A stretch of 64,000 nucleotides of DNA. It comes from Alphaproteobacteria bacterium (lineage in GTDB: Bacteria; Pseudomonadota; Alphaproteobacteria; Rickettsiales; JADKJE01). The translations under genes were made by a program, and so were the position numbers. The notes beneath the pieces are model-generated. The model was not told where the DNA came from, ran no database searches, and saw nothing but the letters and a program-made list of their open reading frames with translations. Each line of letters opens with the position of its first letter. The stretch's first letter is position 1. Location of the stretch: NCBI GenBank assembly GCA_016722515.1, contig JADKJE010000004.1, forward strand, positions 7,544 to 71,543, given 5' to 3'. Below, piece after piece: positions 55,358 through 63,265 of this stretch.

Positions 55358-57373
55358 TCATAGATACGGATCATCCGCCGCCATAGTGGTGCGCTGGCTA
55401 ATGGCTGCCGTGCGCGTCGGTGCAGTTGTTTCAGCAGTTTGCTGCGGCGATGGCGCGTAAGTATCCGCATAAGGAACGTTACGCTGCTTACCGAGCGACA
55501 CTTCCATCTGCTGCCATTGCCGCTCGGAAAAACGGTCGAGACCGTAAAGGCTTGCCGCCGTGCGTGCATAGACGCGGCAATCGAGTGCCTCGTTATTGCG
55601 CGTCGGGTCTTTTTCCCAGCTGGCACGGGGGAAGCCTTTGTGCAATTTGATCACACGCTTTTCCGCCGTCAGCTGCTTAAAATATTCCTCGGCATATTCT
55701 GGGAAGTGGCATGTTCCGGGCGGGAACGGTTCATCTTCCTTGGTCGGACGGTCAAGTTTCAGCCAGCGATACAGCTCCATCTTGGCAACCGGCCCGCTGA
55801 CATTCCAGACGCGAAGCCCACGCCGTTTGCTGCCGACATCGGCTTTCGACACGCTCAAAATCAGTGCGGTTTCACTATCGCGGCCTTTCACCGCGACCAC
55901 CGTGCGCGGGGACGATGCGCGCGCACCCGCACCACCCCAGCTCGCTTGCGGGTGAGTTTTTACCCAGCCATACACATCCTGCGTCGCGTAACCGCTATCC
56001 ACCGCCAGCACGCGGATGGGCAATGTGCCACCACCTGCATGGTGCCAATCGCGCCTGAGCAATGCTTCGAGCTTTTCCCACACTTCCGGCATGGCGGTAT
56101 CGCCCATGAGGACATGGTAATCGACCGACCAGCTTTCTTTATGGCGGCCCCATGCCACCACTTCGCATTCGATGCGGTCTTTCTGCACGTCCGCGCCAGC
56201 GGTAAGAAATAATCCACCATTTGGCACCACGCCCATTGGGTATGGTTCACGGCGTTCATAGAGCCGTTTCCATTCGGGAGCTTCGTATTCTTCTTCATAC
56301 GGCTCGCCCAGCACCGTATTGACAAACCCCTTCATCAGCTCAGGATTCGCCTGTGCGTTTTCGAACATCTCCGCCGCATCACCCCACGAAAACCAACCCA
56401 CTGGGCTGTAAAGCGAAGAGAGATGGTAGCCAATCGTGCGGCCATCCGTTTCAGCAGTGGCAACCCAGCGTCCACGCGCCAGCATCTGCGTTTTATGATG
56501 CTCATCGATCAACGCGCCGCATTCCTCGCAGGCATATTGCGCCTCTTGTGGTTTGCCCTCATGCCAGCGCAGCTGCGTGAATCGCAATGGCTGGAAATGA
56601 TCGCAATGCGGACACGGCACATGGAAATACCGCTGGTCGCTGCCGTCGAATTCACGCTGGATGCGCGAGATACCCTTGGTGGTGGGCGTACTCACCAGAA
56701 AAATCTTCCGCCGCTTCTGGAAGGTGGCGGAGCGGCGTTCGGCAAGCAGGATTGGATCGCCTTCGCCCTCCACATCGCCCGGATACCCATCGACCTCATC
56801 CATAAACAAATACCGCGCTGGCATGGAACGGAGTCCCACCGCCGAGTTGGCACCCGTCATCACCAGAATGCCTCCGCGAAATTCCTTGCTCAGGATGGTG
56901 TTGCCTGAATCACGCGCGCGGGCGGGCTTCACCAATTCGCGCAGCTCCGGCGTTTCATCGATCTGCGGATCGATACGCTGCTTCGAGTTACGTTTCGCCA
57001 ACTCCACCGTCGGTGCCACCGCCATCATCGGCCCTGGTGCCATATGGATGACATAGCCGATCCAGTTATTGCCGCATTCTGTGCCGCCGATCTGCGCGCC
57101 TTTCATGAAAATGATCCGCTGCACCGGCGAGTGCGGCGAGAGATTATCCATGATCTGCTTCAGATAAGGCGTGCGGCTGGTACGCCACCGCCCTGGCTCG
57201 GCGGCGGATTTAGAAGACAACATCCGATAGCGATCCGCCCACTCGGAAACGGCGAGGAACGATTCTGGCGTTAATCCACTGCGCCACTGGTTCTCTACCG
57301 CATCCGCACCTTCGTAAAATTCAGTCGACGCCTGCGCGGAATTCGGCAAGCTCTGAGAGATGCTGTCTGACAT
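55358..57373 (-). CDS. terminase large subunit, lambda gpA family
   Basis: 671 aa; ...SEWADRYRMLSSKSAAEPGRWRTSRTPYLKQIMDNLSP...KGAQIGGTE. Confidence 0.95.
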   Translation of the reverse strand: MSDSISQSLPNSAQASTEFYEGADAVENQWRSGLTPESFLAVSEWADRYRMLSSKSAAEPGRWRTSRTPYLKQIMDNLSPHSPVQRIIFMKGAQIGGTECGNNWIGYVIHMAPGPMMAVAPTVELAKRNSKQRIDPQIDETPELRELVKPARARDSGNTILSKEFRGGILVMTGANSAVGLRSMPARYLFMDEVDGYPGDVEGEGDPILLAERRSATFQKRRKIFLVSTPTTKGISRIQREFDGSDQRYFHVPCPHCDHFQPLRFTQLRWHEGKPQEAQYACEECGALIDEHHKTQMLARGRWVATAETDGRTIGYHLSSLYSPVGWFSWGDAAEMFENAQANPELMKGFVNTVLGEPYEEEYEAPEWKRLYERREPYPMGVVPNGGLFLTAGADVQKDRIECEVVAWGRHKESWSVDYHVLMGDTAMPEVWEKLEALLRRDWHHAGGGTLPIRVLAVDSGYATQDVYGWVKTHPQASWGGAGARASSPRTVVAVKGRDSETALILSVSKADVGSKRRGLRVWNVSGPVAKMELYRWLKLDRPTKEDEPFPPGTCHFPEYAEEYFKQLTAEKRVIKLHKGFPRASWEKDPTRNNEALDCRVYARTAASLYGLDRFSERQWQQMEVSLGKQRNVPYADTYAPSPQQTAETTAPTRTAAISQRTTMAADDPYL

Positions 57374-57863
57374 AGGTTTCCAGCGTCACATGCGTGGTGT
57401 GTGGATCAGCACCCAGCTCCGCTGCCATTTGCGCGGAGACGCGTGCAGGCCAGTTAAGCCATGCATCGCGTTCCTGCCGTCCCAGCTTGAATACATGCGC
57501 CATAACTTTCGCCCTGTCGATTAACTCGCCTTTAAGTTTTTGCAGCCGCACACGATTGGTTTGCGCCTTCAATACTTCATTCGCAGTGCGTGCCTGCATG
57601 TAAGTGGTGCCACCATTTGCGGGTGCGCCATTTTCTTTGAGCGTATCGCGCACCGCATCGAGCGCCGCATCCGGCACCGGCTTCACCGTTTGCGATCCAC
57701 GTTGCTGGGCGACATCGGTGTTAATTTTCCAGAGCGCATCGGCTTTATCCGCACCGATGCTGCCGTCCGCCTCCAGCCGTATGCGTCCTGATTTTATCGC
57801 CTTTCTTACCGCCGCATCGCTGACCCCGCGATGGCGACCATAGGCACGAATTGACATGCCCAT
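57321..57863 (-). CDS. terminase small subunit-like HTH protein
   Basis: ORF 57321..58043. I prefer the ATG at 57863 or 57857 (MGMSIRAYGRHRGVSDAAVRKAIKSGRI...). It overlaps the terL start by 53 nt. Confidence 0.55.
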   Translation of the reverse strand: MGMSIRAYGRHRGVSDAAVRKAIKSGRIRLEADGSIGADKADALWKINTDVAQQRGSQTVKPVPDAALDAVRDTLKENGAPANGGTTYMQARTANEVLKAQTNRVRLQKLKGELIDRAKVMAHVFKLGRQERDAWLNWPARVSAQMAAELGADPHTTHVTLETYVRQHLSELAEFRAGVD

Positions 57864-57937
57864 ATCAGCCCCCAAAACCCCATAAAACTGCCATGTCCAA
57901 GACACACCTCCAGTCAAGCCAAATAGACGTTTAATAT

Positions 57938-58046
57938 ATTGATAAATAATGCGAATTATTGCTTTTTCTGGTTGATTAAGATGCAGTTCGAAGCATTCAT
58001 GGGGGTGTCCACAGGGGACAACAACCAACCGAAAGGAATGCATATG
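57938..58046 (+). promoter_or_regulatory. conserved promoter/leader element, copy A
   Basis: ATTGATAAATAATGCGA...TTCGAAGCATTCATG (57987-58001)...TGTCC-ACAGG-GGACA...AAAGGA..ATG. It has the same length and order as copy B at 60644-60754. Confidence 0.5.
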
Positions 58047-58553
58047 AAAAACGAACCGCTACCTACCAACAACGAAGAATGGGGCTTTTGGGGAACCAGC
58101 GTCAGCAACGGCTACGATGCCGCAATGACCTGGGATACCGCCAGCCGCTTTTTTGCCAAAACCTTTAACCTTACGCCCGAAGAAACCCGCACGTTGCTCG
58201 ATGCGCGTTTCGGTCGCCACCTTGCGGATGACTTGAGCTTCATCAACGGCGGCCCAGCAACGGCGGAGGCGGTTGCAAACCACCTCGAAAAACGCAACGC
58301 CGATAAAGGCTGGCGTAGGCATTTTGAAAAAGCCATCCGCGAAGAGACGGGCAAGCTGATTCCCTACACCACGCCGAAAAGCAAAGACGAGATACTTACC
58401 AACATCGCGCTTACGCATCTCAATTTTGAGACGCTCGAAGAACGCAAATCCGACAGCCTCGATTTTAAGGATGTCGGAGTGCTCAATGTCAAAGCCGCCC
58501 TCGAAGCTGCATACGCCGCAGGCAGAGCCAGCGCCAAACGGAAAGGAGCGTAA
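58044..58553 (+). CDS. hypothetical phage protein
   Basis: ATG at 58044 (or 58038) after AAAGGAA; 169 aa. The C-terminal ...SDSLDFKDVGVLNVKAALEAAYAAG motif recurs in mobile-element proteins, from memory. The family is not certain. Confidence 0.5.
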   Translation: MKNEPLPTNNEEWGFWGTSVSNGYDAAMTWDTASRFFAKTFNLTPEETRTLLDARFGRHLADDLSFINGGPATAEAVANHLEKRNADKGWRRHFEKAIREETGKLIPYTTPKSKDEILTNIALTHLNFETLEERKSDSLDFKDVGVLNVKAALEAAYAAGRASAKRKGA

Positions 58554-58554
58554 C

Positions 58555-58875
58555 ATGAGCAACTTTGTAACCGTCCGATTTGCCCGCAAGCCAAGCAGCC
58601 TGCAGGAAATGCAAGCCGAGATTAACAGCCACGGCTGCGAGGTCGCAAAATGCGAAATCGCCGAAACAGTCACGCTCACCACCGAGGAGTACGACACCTT
58701 TACGCGCCTGATTTACAAGGACTGGCCTTGGCTCGATGGTCGGGGTGGCGACCGTAACAGCATCCGCCAAGTGGTGGCAATCACCGCGCCGGAGCGCGAA
58801 ACGCTTTACGCCAATCCCGAAGGCTACAGCTACGCACGCTATATCGGCACCAGCCTCAACGAAACCAACAACTGA
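58555..58875 (+). CDS. hypothetical phage protein
   Basis: ATG at 58555 after AAAGGAG; 106 aa. Confidence 0.5.
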   Translation: MSNFVTVRFARKPSSLQEMQAEINSHGCEVAKCEIAETVTLTTEEYDTFTRLIYKDWPWLDGRGGDRNSIRQVVAITAPERETLYANPEGYSYARYIGTSLNETNN

Positions 58876-58888
58876 AAGGAATCAAACC

Positions 58889-59143
58889 ATGACATCTTTT
58901 ACGCATAACAATCGGCAAACCTACCACAAACAAAGCTACAGCTGGGGCGAATTGCGCACCTTGCGCATGGGCAACGCCTATACCTGCATCATCCACCCAG
59001 AGCATTTGGCGGCGATTAACCGCAGCGAGGATTTCACCTGCGAGCAAGGCTTCCGGTGGAAGACCAGTATCGATAACGGCATCGTCACGCTGCAAAACAG
59101 AAGTAACGCATTTACCATCTCACTCGCTGAACTCAACGCATAA
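58889..59143 (+). CDS. hypothetical phage protein
   Basis: ATG at 58889 after AAAGGA; 84 aa. Confidence 0.45.
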   Translation: MTSFTHNNRQTYHKQSYSWGELRTLRMGNAYTCIIHPEHLAAINRSEDFTCEQGFRWKTSIDNGIVTLQNRSNAFTISLAELNA

Positions 59144-59153
59144 GGAGCATTGT

Positions 59154-59357
59154 ATGACAACACCCAAATATCCCAACGTGCATGTGCAGTTGGTCGGTCA
59201 GGATGGCAATGCCTTTATGATTCTTGGTCTCTGCCAACGCGCTGCAAATAATGCGGGGCTTCCAAAATCCGAAATCGACGCTTTCATGCAGGTGGCAAAA
59301 TCAGGCGATTACAATCACCTGCTGAATACCTGCATGGAGTGGTTCGATATCGATTAG
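59154..59357 (+). CDS. hypothetical small phage protein
   Basis: 67-aa ORF preceded by AAGGAG. Confidence 0.45.
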   Translation: MTTPKYPNVHVQLVGQDGNAFMILGLCQRAANNAGLPKSEIDAFMQVAKSGDYNHLLNTCMEWFDID

Positions 59358-60604
59358 GGGGCGCATATCATCGCATTCACTTTTTTAATTCGCTCACCCA
59401 GCCAGCGCATCGTGCCGGTGTGCATGCTGTTGCCCAACGCCTTGTAGCGCGGCCCATCGGCTGCGGATTTTCCACGATAGGGAATCAACGTATAATCATC
59501 GGGAAATCCCTGCAGCCGTTCACACTCACGCGGCGTTAACCGCCGCACCGCCATATCCGCCAACACAGCAGGTTGATTATCTCCCATCTCCGCACGTAGC
59601 GTTGAGCAGGTTTCCCGCAAATCGGTCGGCCCTGCGTTTCGTGCGATGCTTCCAGGCTCGAAGGCGATGTAGGTGGAACGGTCGCCACCAGCGGTGACGG
59701 TTTTAGATTGCTCGGTTTCGTTTACATACATGCCGCCGTTCGGGCGGTCTTTGCGTCTGCCATTGGCATCGCAGCAGGTAACGTTGTAAGCTCTGGCTTG
59801 CGGGACGTAGGTTTCAAGCTCCGGGTCATGCTTATTATAGCGCGACATCAATGTGCGGGCGATTAAATGGCCGCAATCCGCATCCTGCGCACCACGGCTT
59901 AAGCAGGTTCTGGCACCGAGTGCTCCTGCGACGGGGCGCATGTAGCCGCTGCTGGCGAGATCGACATCGGCTCCCCAGCCACCGCTTGAAGCGCGACTTT
60001 TAAATGTTCCGGCAACTTCTTCCCGCGTTTCTCGGCGCGGCGTAATATCCCGCTGCAGGCTTTCGCGCTCAAATAATACCGCTGCGGCAGGTCGCCAGTC
60101 CCCAAGATATCCGATAACGAACACACGCCTGCGCCGCTGTGGCACTCCGAAATACTGAGCGTCAAGAATGCGGTAGGCGAACCCATACCCGCATTCCGCC
60201 AACGCGCCGAGGAAGGTGCCAAATGTCCGTCCTCTGTCAATCGACAGCACACCGGGGACATTTTCCCAAACCACCCATCGTGGCTTTGCGCTTTGAGCAA
60301 GGTGAATAAATCCGAGTGCGAGGTTGCCTCTGTCGTCAGCAAATCCTTTGCGAAGTCCGGCGATACTGAAGGACTGGCAAGGTGTGCCTCCGACCAGAAG
60401 GTCAATTGCTCCATAGTCATTTTCCGTGAGTGTCGTGAAATCACCGAAGAGAGGCACATCAGGATAATGATGCGAAAGCACCGCGCGGGCGAAGGGTTCA
60501 ATTTCGGAAAATCCTGCCGCCTCAAATCCGAGCGGATGCCACGCCACTGTTGCTGCCTCAATGCCGGAACATACCGACAGATAGCGAATGGGTTTGGCAT
60601 CCAT
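59354..60604 (-). CDS. DNA (cytosine-5)-methyltransferase
   Basis: 416 aa with motifs CSGIEAA (I), GGTPCQSFSIAG (IV), VWENVPG (VI), QRRRRVF (VIII), RRLTPRECERLQGFPDDYT and GNSM (X). Confidence 0.9.
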   Translation of the reverse strand: MDAKPIRYLSVCSGIEAATVAWHPLGFEAAGFSEIEPFARAVLSHHYPDVPLFGDFTTLTENDYGAIDLLVGGTPCQSFSIAGLRKGFADDRGNLALGFIHLAQSAKPRWVVWENVPGVLSIDRGRTFGTFLGALAECGYGFAYRILDAQYFGVPQRRRRVFVIGYLGDWRPAAAVLFERESLQRDITPRRETREEVAGTFKSRASSGGWGADVDLASSGYMRPVAGALGARTCLSRGAQDADCGHLIARTLMSRYNKHDPELETYVPQARAYNVTCCDANGRRKDRPNGGMYVNETEQSKTVTAGGDRSTYIAFEPGSIARNAGPTDLRETCSTLRAEMGDNQPAVLADMAVRRLTPRECERLQGFPDDYTLIPYRGKSAADGPRYKALGNSMHTGTMRWLGERIKKVNAMICAP

Positions 60605-60643
60605 AGGGCATATACGAAGTCAACGGAATTAGTTGGTTAGCAC

Positions 60644-60754
60644 ATTGATTTATAATGCGATTAAGTGCTTATAAGCGTTGCTATCCTTCGCATTCGAAGC
60701 ATTCATGCACTTGTCCGCATGGACATTAACCGCAAACGCAAAGGAGCATGTATG
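60644..60754 (+). promoter_or_regulatory. conserved promoter/leader element, copy B
   Basis: ATTGATTTATAATGCGA...TTCGAAGCATTCATG (60693-60707)...TGTCC-GCAT-GGACA...AAAGGAG..ATG. It contains a 16-codon uORF ending in an ATGA overlap with the DUF3489 start. Confidence 0.5.
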
Positions 60755-61216
60755 ATTATCCAACTTACCGAAAACCAACGCGCCATCCTCGAAGAAGCAT
60801 CCAACATAAAATGCAACGATGTGCGCGAACTGGCGGCACTTAAACGACTGGCACCGCCTATCCGCGAAAACATTATCAAGGGGATGCTAAAGCGTGGACT
60901 GCTCGAAATCCGCCATGACGATGATGGCGGCAAACCCACCCTGGTCAGCGACATGGGTTATGCCGCGATTGGTAAAGCCGCCGCCGAGGAGCAGCCCAAG
61001 CACAGCGAACCTGCACAAAAACAATCCAAACAGTCCATCATGATTGAACTCTTAAAGCGCGAGGAAGGTGCCACGCTTCAGCAACTGGTTGCCGCCACGG
61101 GTTGGCAAAAGCATTCGGTGCATGGCGCGATGGCGGGTGTGCTGAAAAAGAAGCTCGGCCTTGCCATCGCATCCGGCAAGAACCGTGACGGCGAACGTAC
61201 ATACAAAATCGCGTGA
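60752..61216 (+). CDS. DUF3489 domain protein
   Basis: ATG at 60752 after AAAGGAG. The C-terminal SKQSIMIELLKREEGATLQQLVAATGWQKHSVHGAMAGVLKKKLGL...GERTYKI matches the DUF3489 pattern as I recall it. Confidence 0.7.
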   Translation: MIIQLTENQRAILEEASNIKCNDVRELAALKRLAPPIRENIIKGMLKRGLLEIRHDDDGGKPTLVSDMGYAAIGKAAAEEQPKHSEPAQKQSKQSIMIELLKREEGATLQQLVAATGWQKHSVHGAMAGVLKKKLGLAIASGKNRDGERTYKIA

Positions 61217-61217
61217 A

Positions 61218-62459
61218 TTAGCCAGCGCGCTTGGAATGAAGGTCGGCGAATGTCCGGCCTTCTTCTTCGTGGGTGGCTTCCTTGCCTGTAAATTCCTGCC
61301 AGCGGCGAATGATGACATCACAATATTTGGGGTCGAGTTCAATCAGACAGGCCGAGCGGCCGGTCTTCTCGCAGGCGATGAGCGTCGAGCCGGAGCCACC
61401 GAAAGGGTCAAGCACGATATCGCGGCTCTTGCTGGAATTTTCCACTGCACGCTGCACTAGCTCCACTGGCTTCATGGTGGGGTGGAGGTCGTTCGATACC
61501 GGCTTATTAAAAAACCACACATCGCCCTGATTGCGCGCGCCGCACCAGAAATGCGCGGTGCCTTCCTTCCAGCCATAGAGGATCGGTTCGTATTGCCGCT
61601 GGTAATCCGCACGACCCATCGTGAACGTATTCTTCGCCCAGATGATGAAGGTTGACCAATGCCCACCTGCCTTGCGGAAGGCGCTTTGCAACGTGTCTAA
61701 TTCCGATGACGACATGCAGATGTAAATTGCGCCCTTGCACACGGCGACGAAATTGGTGCATGCCTCCAGCAGGAACTCTTCAAACTCGGCGCCGAGATTG
61801 TCATTTTTTATCGTGCGTTTGTTCCCGCGCATTTTGTCTTTTGCGGTGGCACCATAATTCACATTGTAGGGCGGATCGGTAAATACCATATCGGCGAGGC
61901 TGCCGCCTAGTACGCGTTCTACCACATCGAGCTTGGTGGAATCACCGCAGAGCAAACGATGCGAACCGAGCAGCCACAGATCTCCGGGCTGACTGATGGC
62001 GGTTGCCTCCACCTCCGGCACGGCGTCGTCTTCGGTGTTGCCTTCCTCCGTCATGGGCGCGAGCAGCTTATCCAGTTCGTCTTCGCTGAAGCCCATGATG
62101 TCGAGGTTGTAATTTTCTTCCTGCAGTTCGGTCAGTTCCAGCCGCAGCATATCTTCATCCCATCCCGCATTCATGGCGATGCGGTTATCGGCAATGACCA
62201 GCGCACGTTTTTGCGTTTCGCTCAAATGCGAAATGGCGATCACCGGCACATCTTTCATGCCAAGCCGTTGGGCGGCGATCAACCTGCCATGCCCAGCGAT
62301 GATGCCATGCTCCTTATCGACGAGGATTGGATTAATGAATCCAAACTCCGCGATGGAGGCCATGATCTGTGCGATCTGTTCTTCCGAATGGGTGCGCGCA
62401 TTGCGGGCATACGGAATCAATCGCTCGGTAGCGATGGTGTGGATGGTAAGATCGGTCAT
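61218..62459 (-). CDS. ParB-like nuclease domain fused to an N6-adenine/N4-cytosine DNA methyltransferase
   Basis: 413 aa. N-terminal ParB-N region (LIPYARNARTHSEEQIAQIMASIAEFGFINPILV), catalytic FTDPPYNVNY, and AdoMet motif VLDPFGGSGSTLIACE. Confidence 0.9.
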   Translation of the reverse strand: MTDLTIHTIATERLIPYARNARTHSEEQIAQIMASIAEFGFINPILVDKEHGIIAGHGRLIAAQRLGMKDVPVIAISHLSETQKRALVIADNRIAMNAGWDEDMLRLELTELQEENYNLDIMGFSEDELDKLLAPMTEEGNTEDDAVPEVEATAISQPGDLWLLGSHRLLCGDSTKLDVVERVLGGSLADMVFTDPPYNVNYGATAKDKMRGNKRTIKNDNLGAEFEEFLLEACTNFVAVCKGAIYICMSSSELDTLQSAFRKAGGHWSTFIIWAKNTFTMGRADYQRQYEPILYGWKEGTAHFWCGARNQGDVWFFNKPVSNDLHPTMKPVELVQRAVENSSKSRDIVLDPFGGSGSTLIACEKTGRSACLIELDPKYCDVIIRRWQEFTGKEATHEEEGRTFADLHSKRAG

Positions 62460-62808
62460 GGTGTTCTCAGGTGCGAACCGAGGCGCGAACTGCGAACCCG
62501 GATTTTATGCCTATCGCTAAAAAAGTGGCGCGGCTTTGCCCCCCGCATACGTTCTATGCACGGGGAGGACCCGTGGCTTGCCGATGCGACGTGGGATAGC
62601 GGGAGATGGGCGGAAAGCCGCGCCGAGCGGCAGGGAGTGAACAATAAAAAACCCGCTCGGTGAGCAGGTTGTGTAGAAACAATTCTTGGATGATGTAAAA
62701 ATGTATAGCATCTAGGTGCACCTACTGTCAACGACAAGGTTCGCAGGATTAATTTATTACCCTCATCTACACATTGAATTAAAACTTAACAGCGTGTATG
62801 CTATCCTC

Positions 62809-63192
62809 ATGAGAATCTTCATCAGCATGTTTATGGTTCTGGCACTCGTTATGGCAACGAGCTTTCCAACCGCGTCTCATGCAATGATGCCTCATGATTC
62901 TGCGAAGGTAGAGAAAGCCGAAGCATCCTCAGAACATGGTGATTGCCACAAACAGGCTAAGGCCGAGCAATCCGATAAAACAGCACAGAACGATAAAGAA
63001 TCTGGAAAATGCTGTGATAAAGGTATGTGCAAGTGCATCGGAAGCACCTGTCATAGCGGCCTGTCAAAGATTTTTGGCAACGGCAGTGAATCACTCTTTC
63101 GTTTAACTGCCAGCAAAAGCAGCTTCGGCTTCACCAATGATGTGGTGGAATCCGCGCTTTCCAATCGCTTAAAACGCCCTCCCAAAGCTTGA
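62809..63192 (+). CDS. small secreted Cys/His/Met-rich protein of the cop locus (putative copper-binding)
   Basis: ATG at 62809 inside track ORF 62716..63192. Signal peptide MRIFISMFMVLALVMATSFPTASHA, then MMPHD...HGDCHK...GKCCDKGMCKCIGSTCH. Confidence 0.5.
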   Translation: MRIFISMFMVLALVMATSFPTASHAMMPHDSAKVEKAEASSEHGDCHKQAKAEQSDKTAQNDKESGKCCDKGMCKCIGSTCHSGLSKIFGNGSESLFRLTASKSSFGFTNDVVESALSNRLKRPPKA

Positions 63193-63265
63193 GTCCTATT
63201 GTCTGTATGACGCCCAAGCGCTTTCGCGCGTGGCGACTATTTTCAATGCAAATCAAGGATTAGTT

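Larger units (their letters stand above)
34307..62459. mobile_element. prophage-like element (about 28 kb) with complete-looking late modules but no integrase, repressor or replication genes
   Basis: A contiguous run of phage lysis, fibre, tail, head and packaging genes on the minus strand, plus two methyltransferases and small plus-strand ORFs. It is flanked directly by hmp and a cop locus. Confidence 0.8.

Noticed and set aside
34263-62808. Searched the element and its borders by eye for an integrase, tRNA/tmRNA attachment site, direct repeats, a reverse transcriptase with TR/VR repeats (a DGR near the fibre genes) and CRISPR arrays
   Set aside because: None were seen. There is no T-loop-like GGTTCGAATCC, no RT motifs, and no regularly spaced repeats. 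Absence by eye is not proof, so a tRNAscan, CRISPR or HMM run is still advisable.
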